Positions 19,796-30,172 of a stretch of 51,867 nt of DNA are shown here, piece by piece. Position 1 is the first letter of the stretch. Every line of letters starts with the position of its first letter. The stretch lies in the NCBI GenBank assembly GCA_020725385.1, contig DYFC01000026.1, positions 1 through 51,867 of the forward strand, in the 5' to 3' direction. This DNA comes from Nitrospira japonica. Lineage in GTDB: Bacteria > Nitrospirota > Thermodesulfovibrionia > Thermodesulfovibrionales > SM23-35. The translations under genes were made by a program, and so were the position numbers. The notes below the pieces were generated by a model, which was not told the origin of the DNA, ran no database searches, and saw only the letters and a program-made list of their open reading frames with translations.

Positions 19796-19927
19796 AATGT
19801 AAAACGTGAAAAGCAAAGCGTAAATGTTGAAAAATCCTTCTCGAAATTTCAAGGTTTAAATCTTCTTATGTGTTTAAGCTTAACGGTTTTATATTTTACG
19901 TTTACGTTCACGCTTTACGTCTTACGG
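19796..19927. repeat. Inverted pair of degenerate ~7-bp tandem repeats
   Basis: AATGTAA/AACGTGA/AGCGTAA arm facing a TTTACGT/TTCACGC/TTTACGT arm. Confidence 0.65.
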
Positions 19928-19987
19928 TATTAAAAAGATGATGAGAAATTAAGAAAAGTAAAAGAAGATATCTAAAAACGTAATATT

Positions 19988-21457
19988 TTATGCCCTGAGG
20001 ATAACATAAAATTTTCTGCCACCTCTGTTGACAAATAAAAGCACAGAATCATTTTTCTTTAGACTTGATACTACTTTGTTGAAATCCTCAATAGAATTTA
20101 TTGATTTTTTATTTATTTCTTTTATTATGTCACCTTTCTTAATCTCAGCATCATCAGCCGGACTCCCCGGCTCAACCTTAATTACAACAACTCCTTTTTC
20201 TTCTTTATTTAAACCTAATTGTCTTACAATATCTTTCGATAACTCCATTACAGAAAGCCCGGTGAGAGCTTTTAGTTCTGATGGTTCGGGTAATAATTGT
20301 TCGGGCGTTACCTCTGCAACTTCTCTTGGCAGTTCAGTAATATTTACTTTTACATTAAATTCTTTGCCTGCTCTTAAAATTTTCAGAGTAACTTCAGACC
20401 CTGCTTTGCTTTGAGCAACCATATTCCGGAGATTGCTTACATCTTTGACCTCTTTGCCATTAAATTCAAGTATGATGTCACCTCTTAAGATGCCAGCACG
20501 TGAAGCAGGACTATCCTTAGCCACATCACTTACCAGAGCTCCCTTTGTGTTTTTCAGACCAAATTCGTGTGCGAGTTCTGGTGTTAGTTCTTGAATAGTT
20601 ACTCCAATCCAGCCTCTGGTCACTTTGCCTTTTTGTAAAAGTTGATCCATTACAAGTCTGACCATATTGCTTGGAACCGCAAATCCTATGCCCTGATAAC
20701 CACCTGTACGTGAAAAGATAGCTGTATTAATTCCGATTAGTTCACCCTTGATATTTACCAGAGGTCCGCCTGAATTTCCAGGATTTATGGCAGCGTCTGT
20801 TTGTATAAAATCTTCATAATCAGCAATTCCAACATTTGCCCTGCCAACAGCACTAATTATCCCCATCGTAACTGTATTACTTAAACCATAGGGGCTACCA
20901 ATGGCAAGAACAAATTCACCAACCTGAAGTTTGTCAGAATCACCCCATGGTAATGTCGGAAGATTACCTGTATTAATTTTAATGATTGCTATATCGGTCT
21001 TAGGATCTGCTCCTACAATACGACCTTTAAAAGTTCTTTTATCAATAAGGGTTACTTTGATTTCTTCCGATTTTTCGACAACATGATTGTTTGTAACAAT
21101 ATAACCGTCAGGAGAAACAATTACACCCGAGCCAAGACTTCTTTCCTTCCATTTTTTGGGAGTATCAAAATCATGAAAAGGACTAAAAAAGTCAAAAAAT
21201 GGGTCTTCAAAAAAAGGTTGCACCTCCCTTCTTATTATTTTTGTTGTTGAAATATTTACAACAGAAGGTGAAACTGCCCTTACAATATCTGAAAATGCCC
21301 TTCCTGTTTCGAGTATCTGACGGGGCACATTCGGAGCAAAAGTACCGGGCATTGAGCCTGATTTGCAGGTTATTTTACTAAGAGAATAATAAGTTATTCC
21401 TCCGAGCAGAAATCCTACAAGTAAAATTATTATGCCAAAAGCTATTTTTTTCTTCAT
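19988..21457 (-). CDS. Second HtrA/DegP (Do/DegQ) serine protease
   Basis: TNNHV, QTDAAINPGNSGGP, two PDZ domains; start trimmed to MKKKIAFG. Confidence 0.92.
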   Translation of the reverse strand: MKKKIAFGIIILLVGFLLGGITYYSLSKITCKSGSMPGTFAPNVPRQILETGRAFSDIVRAVSPSVVNISTTKIIRREVQPFFEDPFFDFFSPFHDFDTPKKWKERSLGSGVIVSPDGYIVTNNHVVEKSEEIKVTLIDKRTFKGRIVGADPKTDIAIIKINTGNLPTLPWGDSDKLQVGEFVLAIGSPYGLSNTVTMGIISAVGRANVGIADYEDFIQTDAAINPGNSGGPLVNIKGELIGINTAIFSRTGGYQGIGFAVPSNMVRLVMDQLLQKGKVTRGWIGVTIQELTPELAHEFGLKNTKGALVSDVAKDSPASRAGILRGDIILEFNGKEVKDVSNLRNMVAQSKAGSEVTLKILRAGKEFNVKVNITELPREVAEVTPEQLLPEPSELKALTGLSVMELSKDIVRQLGLNKEEKGVVVIKVEPGSPADDAEIKKGDIIKEINKKSINSIEDFNKVVSSLKKNDSVLLFVNRGGRKFYVILRA

Positions 21458-21626
21458 ATTTTTAATTATAATAACACATTCTGGATATTGTAAAGCATCC
21501 AACCCTTGACCTGAGGGCTTGTATTGTGCTAATTTCCAGAGTTTGATATTCTAAGGGAAATCTGTTTCAGAAATATAACTAAAGGCTTAAACGTCTTTAT
21601 AGATTTAAATTTCAGGAGGGAATTAA

Positions 21627-22781
21627 ATGGGAAAACGTTATTTACTTGCGCCGGGACCTACACCTGTTCCTTCAGAGGTTCTTCTGGCTATGGCAGCACC
21701 TATTATTCACCACCGTTCACCGGATTTTTTACCTGTACTTGATTCTGCGAAGAAAGGGCTACAATGGCTCTATCAGACAAAAAATGATGTTTTAATATTA
21801 TGTTCTACAGGTACAGGCGGGATGGTTGGTTCTGTTAATAATTTTTTTAACAAAGGGGATAAGGTACTCGTAATAAATGGTGGAAAATTTGGAGAAAGAT
21901 GGACAAAAATCTGTCAGGCATACGGGCTTGATGTCGAAGAGATAGTCGTTGAATGGGGATATTCAGTAAAACCCGAAGAAGTGGAAAACAAGCTCAAAAA
22001 AAACAGGAACATAAAAGGTGTTTTTGTCCAGGCCTCTGAAACTTCAACAGGTGTTTATCATGATATTCAGGCACTGGGTTCTATCGTAAAAAAATATGAT
22101 GATACGCTTTTTATTGTAGATGCTATAAGCGCGCTTGTAGCTCATGACCTTAGAACTGATGAATGGGGAATTGATATTATGGTTGGAGGCTCACAAAAAG
22201 GAGTTATGCTTCCGCCGGGAATAGCATTTGTAAGTGTCAGTGATAAAGCATGGGCAAAAGCCGAGACATCAAAACTTCCTAAATTTTATTTTAATTTTAA
22301 GAAAGAGCGTGAGAATCTTGCAAAAAATCAGACGAACTTCACATCTCCTGTTACCCTTATAATTGGTTTAAATGAAAGCTTAAGGATGTTGCAGGCAGAA
22401 GGTCTTGAAAATGTTTTTAAAAGACATGCAAAACTGGCAGATGCTACAAGACAGGCAGTCAAAGCACTCGGTCTTGAGTTATATCCCAGGGAATCTCCTT
22501 CAAATGCAGTAACTGCTATAGTGGCGCCTCAGGGAATAGATGGTCAGGCAATATATAAGAACCTGCGTGAAAAATATGGAATTACTGCTGCAGGCGGTCA
22601 GGATAAAGCAAAAGGCAAGGTATTCAGAATAGCTCATTTAGGATATTCAGATAGATTTGATATAATTACAGCTATTGCAGGCATAGAAATGGTCTTAAAA
22701 GGCATGGGCTATCCTGTAAAACTTGGAACAGGGGTGGCTGTGGCTGAAGAATTGCTGATGGTTTCAGAGGAGGCAAAATGA
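21627..22781 (+). CDS. Class V PLP aminotransferase (serine-pyruvate / phosphoserine aminotransferase type)
   Basis: PGPTP, STGTGGM, ETSTG, VDAIS, GSQKG; upstream of serA. Confidence 0.9.
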   Translation: MGKRYLLAPGPTPVPSEVLLAMAAPIIHHRSPDFLPVLDSAKKGLQWLYQTKNDVLILCSTGTGGMVGSVNNFFNKGDKVLVINGGKFGERWTKICQAYGLDVEEIVVEWGYSVKPEEVENKLKKNRNIKGVFVQASETSTGVYHDIQALGSIVKKYDDTLFIVDAISALVAHDLRTDEWGIDIMVGGSQKGVMLPPGIAFVSVSDKAWAKAETSKLPKFYFNFKKERENLAKNQTNFTSPVTLIIGLNESLRMLQAEGLENVFKRHAKLADATRQAVKALGLELYPRESPSNAVTAIVAPQGIDGQAIYKNLREKYGITAAGGQDKAKGKVFRIAHLGYSDRFDIITAIAGIEMVLKGMGYPVKLGTGVAVAEELLMVSEEAK

Positions 22782-24355
22782 AAGTTCTTGTAAGCGACAA
22801 TCTATCACAGAAAGGTATTGACATACTTAAAAAAGCAGGGCTTGATGTTGATGTGAAAACAGGGATGAAGCCAGAGGAGTTAAAAGAGTGTATCGGAGAA
22901 TACCATGGCCTTGTCATACGCTCTGCTACAAAAGTTACTTCTGAAATTATAGATGCCGCGACAAACTTGAAAGTAATAGGAAGAGCAGGTTCTGGATTGG
23001 ATAATGTTGACAGGGTTGCCGCGACTAAAAAAGGTATTGTTGTAATGAACACTCCGGGTGGCAATACAATAACAACAGCAGAGCATACAATAGCTTTAAT
23101 GGTTTCACTGGCAAGAAAAATACCACAGGCTACTATGTCAATGAAAGAGGGCAAATGGGAAAAGAAAAAATTCATGGGAGTTGAACTTTATAATAAAACT
23201 CTTGGTATAGTCGGGATAGGAAATATCGGGAGTCAGGTTGCAAAAAGAATGCAGGCATTCGGTATGAATGTGATAGCCTTTGATCCATTTCTAAATGAAG
23301 AAAAGGCAAAAATTATGGGTGTTGAAAAAGTTGATCTTCAAACTCTGTTCAAACGCTCTGACTTTATTACGCTTCATACTCCACTAACACCCGAAACAAA
23401 AGGAATGATTAATAAGGATTCTATAAAAATAATGAAAAATGGGGTACGAATAATTAACTGTGCTCGTGGTGGCATAGTTAACGAAAAAGACCTTTATGAT
23501 GCTATAGTTGAAGGAAAAGTCGCAGGAGCTGCTCTTGATGTGCTCGAAAAAGAACCACCCGAGAATAATCCTTTAATTGCTCTTGAGCAGGTAATATGCA
23601 CACCCCATCTCGGCGCATCTACAACTGAAGCACAGGAAAACGTTGCTGTTGCAGTTGCAGAACAAATAGTTGATTATTTATTGAAAGGCATAATCAGAAA
23701 TGCTGTTAACTTCCCTTCAATTCCATCTGATCAGATTGCAGTTCTCCAGCCATACATTGACCTTGCAGAAAAACTCGGGGGTTTTGCTTCCCAGATAATT
23801 GAAGGTGCTGTTTCAGAGATAAAAATTGAATATCAGGGCGATGCATGTAAAATTAATTCAGCGCCTGTTACTATTGCTGCTTTGAAAGGTTTTCTTTCTC
23901 CAATTCTCGAAGAAACAGTAAATTTCGTTAACGCACCATATATAGCAAAAGAACGCGGCATTGAAGTTAAGGAAATCAAAAGCTCCGAACCGGGTGATTA
24001 CCAGAGTCTTATTGGTTTGAGACTTCAGACAAGAGACAAGACTTCATACATAGCAGGGACTTTGTTGAGTAAAAAAGACCCGCGCATTGTAATGATAGAT
24101 GACTTCAAAGTAGAGATTGTACCTGAAGGTGAATTGCTTTTTATGTATAATAACGATAAACCGGGTGTTATAGGAAATATTGGAGCTTTATTAGGCAAAA
24201 ATGAAATAAACATTGCCCGTATGCATTTCGGGAGGGAAACTCCAGGGGGGCTGGCTATATCTGTTGTGAGTATTGATACCCCTGTAAATGAAAAGATAGT
24301 GAGTAAAATTAAAAAACTGCCCAATATACTTTCAGTAAAGCAGATAAGTTTATAA
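22778..24355 (+). CDS. serA: D-3-phosphoglycerate dehydrogenase
   Basis: GRAGSGLDNVD, GIGNIG, NCARGG, TPHLGAST, C-terminal ACT DKPGVIG. Confidence 0.96.
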   Translation: MKVLVSDNLSQKGIDILKKAGLDVDVKTGMKPEELKECIGEYHGLVIRSATKVTSEIIDAATNLKVIGRAGSGLDNVDRVAATKKGIVVMNTPGGNTITTAEHTIALMVSLARKIPQATMSMKEGKWEKKKFMGVELYNKTLGIVGIGNIGSQVAKRMQAFGMNVIAFDPFLNEEKAKIMGVEKVDLQTLFKRSDFITLHTPLTPETKGMINKDSIKIMKNGVRIINCARGGIVNEKDLYDAIVEGKVAGAALDVLEKEPPENNPLIALEQVICTPHLGASTTEAQENVAVAVAEQIVDYLLKGIIRNAVNFPSIPSDQIAVLQPYIDLAEKLGGFASQIIEGAVSEIKIEYQGDACKINSAPVTIAALKGFLSPILEETVNFVNAPYIAKERGIEVKEIKSSEPGDYQSLIGLRLQTRDKTSYIAGTLLSKKDPRIVMIDDFKVEIVPEGELLFMYNNDKPGVIGNIGALLGKNEINIARMHFGRETPGGLAISVVSIDTPVNEKIVSKIKKLPNILSVKQISL

Positions 24356-24370
24356 AAGCGAGGATATGAA

Positions 24371-25660
24371 ATGCCAAGTGTTATTGTAGTGGGGCTTCAA
24401 TGGGGTGATGAAGGAAAAGGCAAGATAGTAGATGTTCTATCTGAAAAAGCTGATGTTGTCGCAAGGTTTCAGGGAGGACATAATGCAGGGCATACAGTTG
24501 TAATTAATAATGAAAAGTTTATACTTCATGTAATACCTTCGGGCATTTTATACAAGGGTAAAAAATGTTTAATAGGCAATGGAGTTGTTGTTGACCCAGC
24601 ATCTTTAGTGAAAGAAATCGAAGGACTTATAAGAAGAAATGTTCAAATAGATGGCAGCAATCTCCTTCTTAGTAAACATGCTCATGTTATTATGCCATAC
24701 CATATAGCTATTGATCAGGAAAGCGAAAAATTAAAGGGTTCAAAAAGTATTGGCACAACAGGAAGGGGCATAGGTCCAACATATTGCGATAAGATAGGAA
24801 GAACAGGAATCAGGATAAGCGATCTTTATCAAGGTGAACTTTTCAGGAGCAAACTTAAGTCAAACCTTTTACATATAAATTTTTTACTCGAAAACCTTTA
24901 TCAATCTAAGGGTTTTAATCCGGATGAAATATTTGAAGAATATTCAGGATATGCTGAAAAACTTAGGGAACATGTTGCGGATACTGATATTATTATAAAT
25001 GATGCAATAAATTCAAATAAAAATGTTCTTCTTGAGGGAGCTCAAGGCACTTTGCTTGATATAGATCATGGAACATATCCTTATGTGACTTCATCAAACT
25101 CAACAGCAGGGGGCGCGTGCACCGGTCTCGGCATAGGACCGACAAAAATAACAGGAGTTCTTGGAGTTATAAAAGCTTATACAACAAGAGTTGGTGGAGG
25201 ACCATTCCCGACAGAGATTCACGATTCTCTCGGCGAGCTTATAAGGGAAAAAGGTGGTGAGTACGGCGCAACTACAGGAAGACCGAGAAGATGTGGCTGG
25301 CTCGATATGGTAATACTCAGGCATTCTGTAAGAGTGAATGGATTGACCGGAATTGCTATAACAAAACTTGATATTCTTGACGGGCTTGAAAGTCTTAAGA
25401 TTTGTACTTCATATAAATACAATGGCCGTATATATAATGAATTTCCAAAGGAAATAAATATCTTCAACGAATGCGAGCCAGTTTATGAAGAGATAAAGGG
25501 ATGGAAAGAAAGCACTTCTGGAATTACAGATTATAAAAAATTACCTGAAAGAGCAAGAGAGTATATTGAAAAAATTCAGGAAATGCTCGGAGTTGAAGTT
25601 CAGATTATCTCAACGGGTCAAAGAAGAGATGAGCTTATAAAAATCAAAGAACAATTCTAA
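24371..25660 (+). CDS. purA: Adenylosuccinate synthetase
   Basis: QWGDEGKGK, GGHNAGHT, EGAQG, GATTGRPRRCGW. Confidence 0.97.
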   Translation: MPSVIVVGLQWGDEGKGKIVDVLSEKADVVARFQGGHNAGHTVVINNEKFILHVIPSGILYKGKKCLIGNGVVVDPASLVKEIEGLIRRNVQIDGSNLLLSKHAHVIMPYHIAIDQESEKLKGSKSIGTTGRGIGPTYCDKIGRTGIRISDLYQGELFRSKLKSNLLHINFLLENLYQSKGFNPDEIFEEYSGYAEKLREHVADTDIIINDAINSNKNVLLEGAQGTLLDIDHGTYPYVTSSNSTAGGACTGLGIGPTKITGVLGVIKAYTTRVGGGPFPTEIHDSLGELIREKGGEYGATTGRPRRCGWLDMVILRHSVRVNGLTGIAITKLDILDGLESLKICTSYKYNGRIYNEFPKEINIFNECEPVYEEIKGWKESTSGITDYKKLPERAREYIEKIQEMLGVEVQIISTGQRRDELIKIKEQF

Positions 25661-26170
25661 ATGGAAGATAGACAAAGGGGATATAAAAGAAACCCGAGAT
25701 TCACAAAAAGGCTCGAAATATCTTTTTCTTCCGGGGTTCACAGTTTCAGAGGCATATTAAGCAATATATCGGAAAATGGTCTATTTATAAGAACCAATCG
25801 TGGTTTTGCACCCGGGACAATGGTTGATCTTGAACTCGTTCTTCCGGATCAAAAAATTTCACATCTCAAAGGAATTGTAAGAAGAACTATAAAAACACCG
25901 TTAACCACAATGAAAAATGGTATGGGTATTGAGCTTATAGAAAGAGATCGGAATTATATTGATTTTTTTAATGAATTTATAAAAGAAACAGGATTTGAAG
26001 ATGATTATAGCGAGAATGAAGAAAAAAACTATGTTGAAGAAAAACAAAATCCACCGCCTGAATTTCTGATAATAAGCTGTCCAAACTGTGGCGTTAAGAA
26101 TAAGGTTTCATATCAAAAAATTTCTCTTGGTCCTAAATGTGGAAAATGCGGGGCATTACTACCGGTTTAA
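25661..26170 (+). CDS. PilZ-domain protein with a C-terminal zinc ribbon
   Basis: KRNPR and NISENG PilZ motifs, GMGIE; CPNC...CGKC at the C-terminus. Confidence 0.82.
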   Translation: MEDRQRGYKRNPRFTKRLEISFSSGVHSFRGILSNISENGLFIRTNRGFAPGTMVDLELVLPDQKISHLKGIVRRTIKTPLTTMKNGMGIELIERDRNYIDFFNEFIKETGFEDDYSENEEKNYVEEKQNPPPEFLIISCPNCGVKNKVSYQKISLGPKCGKCGALLPV

Positions 26171-26868
26171 AAAGTATTACCTCTATTATATTTAATAGTC
26201 TTTATCCTTCTTTTTGTCCTATCTGCGGTGACAAATCCAATTCATTTTCCATATCTCCGGTATGCAGTAAATGCTGGTCGGAAATAAAGCAATATGATGG
26301 TCCTTCATGCAATATATGTGCTTTACCTTTTGTTTCGGAAAAATCAAAAATATGTGGCAATTGTCTAAGAAATAAACCAGTATTTAAAGAGGTAATAGCT
26401 TTTGGTTTGTATGAAGGTATCTTAAAAGAAGCTATAAGTCAGTTCAAATTTTATGGAATAAGAAGACTCGCAAAGCCTCTTGGAAATTTGCTCTTAAACT
26501 TTAATATCCCTGATGCTGATGCTGTTATCCCTGTCCCTATGACAAAGAAAGGACTTATCCAGAGAGGATTTAATCAATCAGTGCTTATTGGTAAATCTAT
26601 TGCTCGACACAAACGTATTCCGCTTTTGATTAATGTTCTTTACAAGATAAAAGAAACTCCTCCTCAGGTTGGACTATCTGCTTCGGAAAGGTTAAAAAAT
26701 CTGACAGGCGCATTCATAGCAAAGGGAAATTTAAATGGTAAGTTTTTAATCCTTGTTGATGACGTTATGACAACCGGTGCAACAGTAACAGAATGTACCA
26801 AAGCGCTTTCAAAAGCAGGAGCAAAAGAAGTAATTGTTCTTGTTTTAGCAAGAACGGGTGGATTATAA
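26137..26868 (+). CDS. comF: ComF-family protein (zinc ribbon plus PRTase)
   Basis: Four CxxC pairs, RGFNQS, LVDDVMTTGAT. Confidence 0.92.
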   Translation: MWKMRGITTGLKSITSIIFNSLYPSFCPICGDKSNSFSISPVCSKCWSEIKQYDGPSCNICALPFVSEKSKICGNCLRNKPVFKEVIAFGLYEGILKEAISQFKFYGIRRLAKPLGNLLLNFNIPDADAVIPVPMTKKGLIQRGFNQSVLIGKSIARHKRIPLLINVLYKIKETPPQVGLSASERLKNLTGAFIAKGNLNGKFLILVDDVMTTGATVTECTKALSKAGAKEVIVLVLARTGGL

Positions 26869-26881
26869 GCTTCAAAATGTA

Positions 26882-27991
26882 TTATTTCAATTGCTTTTTT
26901 TGGTTTAATAGGGGTTCATGCAGAATTCTTTCCGAAGCAGATATTACTTCATCAACCGAAATCAGGTTCATGCATCTAAAGTTGTTTGGACACGGTGGTG
27001 TATAACCGTATTTAGTGCAGGGACTGCATGATAAGTGTTTGTTTAAAATTATGTGGTTTTTCCCTTGTGGAGCCCACTTCTTTTCAATTCCTGAGCCAAA
27101 AAGAGAAACCGTGGGAGTACCGATTCCGTAAGCAATGTGCATAAGCCCTGAGTCAGCAGTTATAAGCAAATTGCAATACTTCAATATGTTAGCCGCTTCT
27201 TTCAATGAGGTTTTACCGGTAAGATCAACGCTGTGTTGAGCCTGCTTTTTGATTTTTTCAGCTTCATTTCTATCGGCATTGGAACCGAGTATAATAATAT
27301 TATAATTCCTATCCTCCAAAGCTTTAGCTACCAATCCGTATTTGTCCCCACCCCATTTTCTTTCAGGAACTGTTGCACCCGGAAAAATCGCAACTAATTT
27401 TTTTGTGCTTTCTTTCAAAAACATAGAAGGAAAACCTTCTTTGATATTGATGAAAGGAACATCCAGATTAAATTGCGGTGCGAAATTAATTAACGGTTTG
27501 ATTAGATTCAAAAAACTATAAACTTCATAATCTTCATGGCTATAAACTACTCTATGGGTAAAAAGCTTTCTTCTTTCATTGGTGTCAAATCCAATTTTTA
27601 AGGGTGATTTAATCATACGGGCAACTATTGCAGAAAGCCTGTGCCATTGCTCTGTATCTATTACAGCATCATATATATTGCGAAGACACTTAAAAAGTTC
27701 AAAGTCCCGATCATATAAAAAAATACTTTTAATATTGTCAGAAAGCTCAAATACCCCTGCATTTCTCTTCTCACCCAATATGTCTATATTTGAATACGGA
27801 AAAGCTGTTTTAAGTATATTAATCGCAGGCAGTAAAAGCACCGCATCACCGATGCCGCCGGGACGGATAATAAGTATTGATTTTAAATTTGAAATGTTAT
27901 ATTTATCAGCAGGAATATTGTTTCCTAAAAATGAGATTAAAAATTTTCCTGCAATTCTATCAATTGTTTTAATAAATTTTATTTTATTCAT
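26882..27991 (-). CDS. Glycosyltransferase family 9 (heptosyltransferase-like)
   Basis: GGIGDAVL, FPGA..RKW, DSGLMHIA, LFG, CSPC. Confidence 0.9.
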   Translation of the reverse strand: MNKIKFIKTIDRIAGKFLISFLGNNIPADKYNISNLKSILIIRPGGIGDAVLLLPAINILKTAFPYSNIDILGEKRNAGVFELSDNIKSIFLYDRDFELFKCLRNIYDAVIDTEQWHRLSAIVARMIKSPLKIGFDTNERRKLFTHRVVYSHEDYEVYSFLNLIKPLINFAPQFNLDVPFINIKEGFPSMFLKESTKKLVAIFPGATVPERKWGGDKYGLVAKALEDRNYNIIILGSNADRNEAEKIKKQAQHSVDLTGKTSLKEAANILKYCNLLITADSGLMHIAYGIGTPTVSLFGSGIEKKWAPQGKNHIILNKHLSCSPCTKYGYTPPCPNNFRCMNLISVDEVISASERILHEPLLNQKKQLK

Positions 27992-28277
27992 ATAGTTATT
28001 ATAAATGAGATTTATTTTTAAGTAATGGAATTTATTAGCATTAGAAAAAGGTTATACCCCAAAATAATACTGATATTGCTTAGATAACAAATATAAAGCG
28101 GAATCACATGAACACGTTAAGGCGTAAAGTGGAAATTTGGCTACCGTGTCTGTTGACCGTATAAAAAACTGATACGATGAACGGACGCGTAGAACGATTT
28201 CTCGTGCAATGTACGCATTATTGGGGTTAAATTTTTAAGTGATTGTGAAGTTAAGGAATTTAAGTCTGGAACCCAGA

Positions 28278-28700
28278 TCAGCCAGAAGCTTGCAATGATG
28301 CCTCAATTTGTTTGATAAAGGAATCGATATCTTTAAGACTTGAAATGGTTTTATTATAGATAATTTCTGCTTCAATCTTCTCGTAATCATGAGCAAGAAA
28401 ATTTCTGAAGCCTGCAATTTTGGCGAATTCAAAAGCAAATTCAGGATCTAATATTCTGTTTTCTCCCAAAATATCAATTACATCATGGTAGGACTGAGGT
28501 CTTCTTAATCCCTTATATTTGATCACTATTTCGGCAAGAGAAAGGCAGCTATCAGCTAATAAATACAAATAGTGTAATAATGCGCCCCGATATATGGGGT
28601 CTGTTTTGAAGCGACTCATACATTCATCTTTGATTGACCTGATGATGTTAGGATATTCTTTAATCCTTCCAATTTTTTGGTATATCCTCTCTTCCATCAA
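28278..28700 (-). CDS. HEPN (DUF86/HepT) RNase toxin, type VII TA
   Basis: RNFLAHDY = Rx4HxY motif; coupled to the upstream MNT. Confidence 0.9.
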   Translation of the reverse strand: MMEERIYQKIGRIKEYPNIIRSIKDECMSRFKTDPIYRGALLHYLYLLADSCLSLAEIVIKYKGLRRPQSYHDVIDILGENRILDPEFAFEFAKIAGFRNFLAHDYEKIEAEIIYNKTISSLKDIDSFIKQIEASLQASG

Positions 28701-29092
28701 GCACCTATTATAGCTTTCCTGTGCTCCTTAAAATCAATAGACTGATGTAATGTTTTAATTTCAAAATCTTCCCTTAAAACCCTGTCTCTCTCAAAAAGAA
28801 TTTTTCCTTCCCTCACAATTGCATCTAGTAGAACAAAATTATTTATAGTATTAAGAACAATCACATCTACATCATCCCTTTTCAATACCCTGCAAAAATC
28901 GGCATGTATAGAAAGTTTTAAATCAAAATATGAGTGCTTCGTCCCCTTCTCAAGAAAAACGGCTATATCAATATCGCTTAAAGGAGTTAACTCACCTTTA
29001 GCATATGAACCAAACAGATACGCAAATATAATATGCTTCCTATATTTTTCAAATACAGGCATAAGGATATCCTGAAGTTCTTTTAGACTCAT
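28697..29092 (-). CDS. Minimal nucleotidyltransferase (MntA) antitoxin
   Basis: LFGSYAKG..SDIDIAV (GSx10DxD); start trimmed to MSLKELQ. Confidence 0.9.
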   Translation of the reverse strand: MSLKELQDILMPVFEKYRKHIIFAYLFGSYAKGELTPLSDIDIAVFLEKGTKHSYFDLKLSIHADFCRVLKRDDVDVIVLNTINNFVLLDAIVREGKILFERDRVLREDFEIKTLHQSIDFKEHRKAIIGA

Positions 29093-29184
29093 TGATTTAG
29101 TATAGCAAAAATGTAACCTTATGGCATCAGGAATATAGCGTCCCAATTGGAAGTTAGCCCAAATAATTGAGACATTGCTTAAAG

Positions 29185-29290
29185 AACGTAAAACGTAAAT
29201 CGTAAGCATGTGAGCACGTTAAGACGTTAAAAATTACCGTTCTACGTTCAATGTTCAAGGTCAAACAACTGTTCAAAGTTCTATGTCAAA
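29185..29290. repeat. Degenerate heptamer tandem repeats
   Basis: AACGTAA-AACGTAA-ATCGTAA... followed by GTTCTAC/GTTCAAT/GTTCAAG units. Confidence 0.55.
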
Positions 29291-29491
29291 CTAGTTTTCA
29301 ATGTAAAAAAGCAAAGAGCCAAAAGAAGATAGAAGCTACACACCCCCACACCACTTTTTATAGAGGGGAAGTCGGGAATAGTGTTTGTTTTTTATTCGGA
29401 CAACGGATTACGAATTACAGATAACGGATTTCGCAACATCAGCATATTTCAAGTGTTTTTTAAGATAAAAGCAATTTCAAAAGATAAAATA

Positions 29492-30049
29492 CTAACTAAA
29501 AATTTCTTTAGCTTCCAAATTAAATTCGGGTAAAAGTAAAGAGTTGACAACTCCTTCTGTTCTTACAGATTGTATCATCTCAAATTTCCCATTCTTATTT
29601 TGAAAAACCTCAATTATATGTTGAATAGGGTCAACAATCCAGTATTCTTTTACTCCGGTTTTTTCATAAGTATCTTTTTTCACTCTTAAATCATAATATG
29701 CAGTAGCAGGCGATAGAATTTCTATAATAAGATCCGGCGGACCTTCAATATTCTTTTCTCCGATTATATGGAGTCTTTCTTTTGATATAAAAATAATGTC
29801 AGGCTGATAAATCTCGGTTTCTGAAAAATATACGTCAAGAGGTGAGATGTATATTTTACCGATTCTTTTTTCTTCAATAAAAGAAGAAAGTTTAATACTT
29901 ATTTTTCTTACAATATCCTGATGATAAGGAACAGGTGAAGGTGTCATAATCAATTGTCCTCCTATTAGTTGATAGGGCGCACCCTCCGGGAGTTTCTCAT
30001 AATCCTGATAAGTATATACTTTTTTACTTTTTTCTAAAGTTAACTGCAT
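29492..30049 (-). CDS. Uma2-family putative endonuclease
   Basis: PSP..HQ, SPLDV, QPDI, GPPDLIIEILSP, GVKEYWIVDP. Confidence 0.93.
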   Translation of the reverse strand: MQLTLEKSKKVYTYQDYEKLPEGAPYQLIGGQLIMTPSPVPYHQDIVRKISIKLSSFIEEKRIGKIYISPLDVYFSETEIYQPDIIFISKERLHIIGEKNIEGPPDLIIEILSPATAYYDLRVKKDTYEKTGVKEYWIVDPIQHIIEVFQNKNGKFEMIQSVRTEGVVNSLLLPEFNLEAKEIFS

Positions 30050-30172
30050 AATCCTATCCTTCTTAATAAAATTATAGGAATGAAAGAAACTTTTTGCAAC
30101 GTTATTTTATGTCACCTTTCGAATCCTTGTACTTTCATTAAACATAGGCTAAAATAAATCAAATTAAATATC

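Noticed and set aside
28056-28228. Possible MITE with ACCCCAA..TAAT terminal inverted repeats
   Set aside because: Match is short and gapped, no target-site duplication and no second copy in the window
29093-29209. N-terminal extension of the MNT ORF
   Set aside because: Runs through repeat and promoter sequence; the domain begins at MSLKELQ
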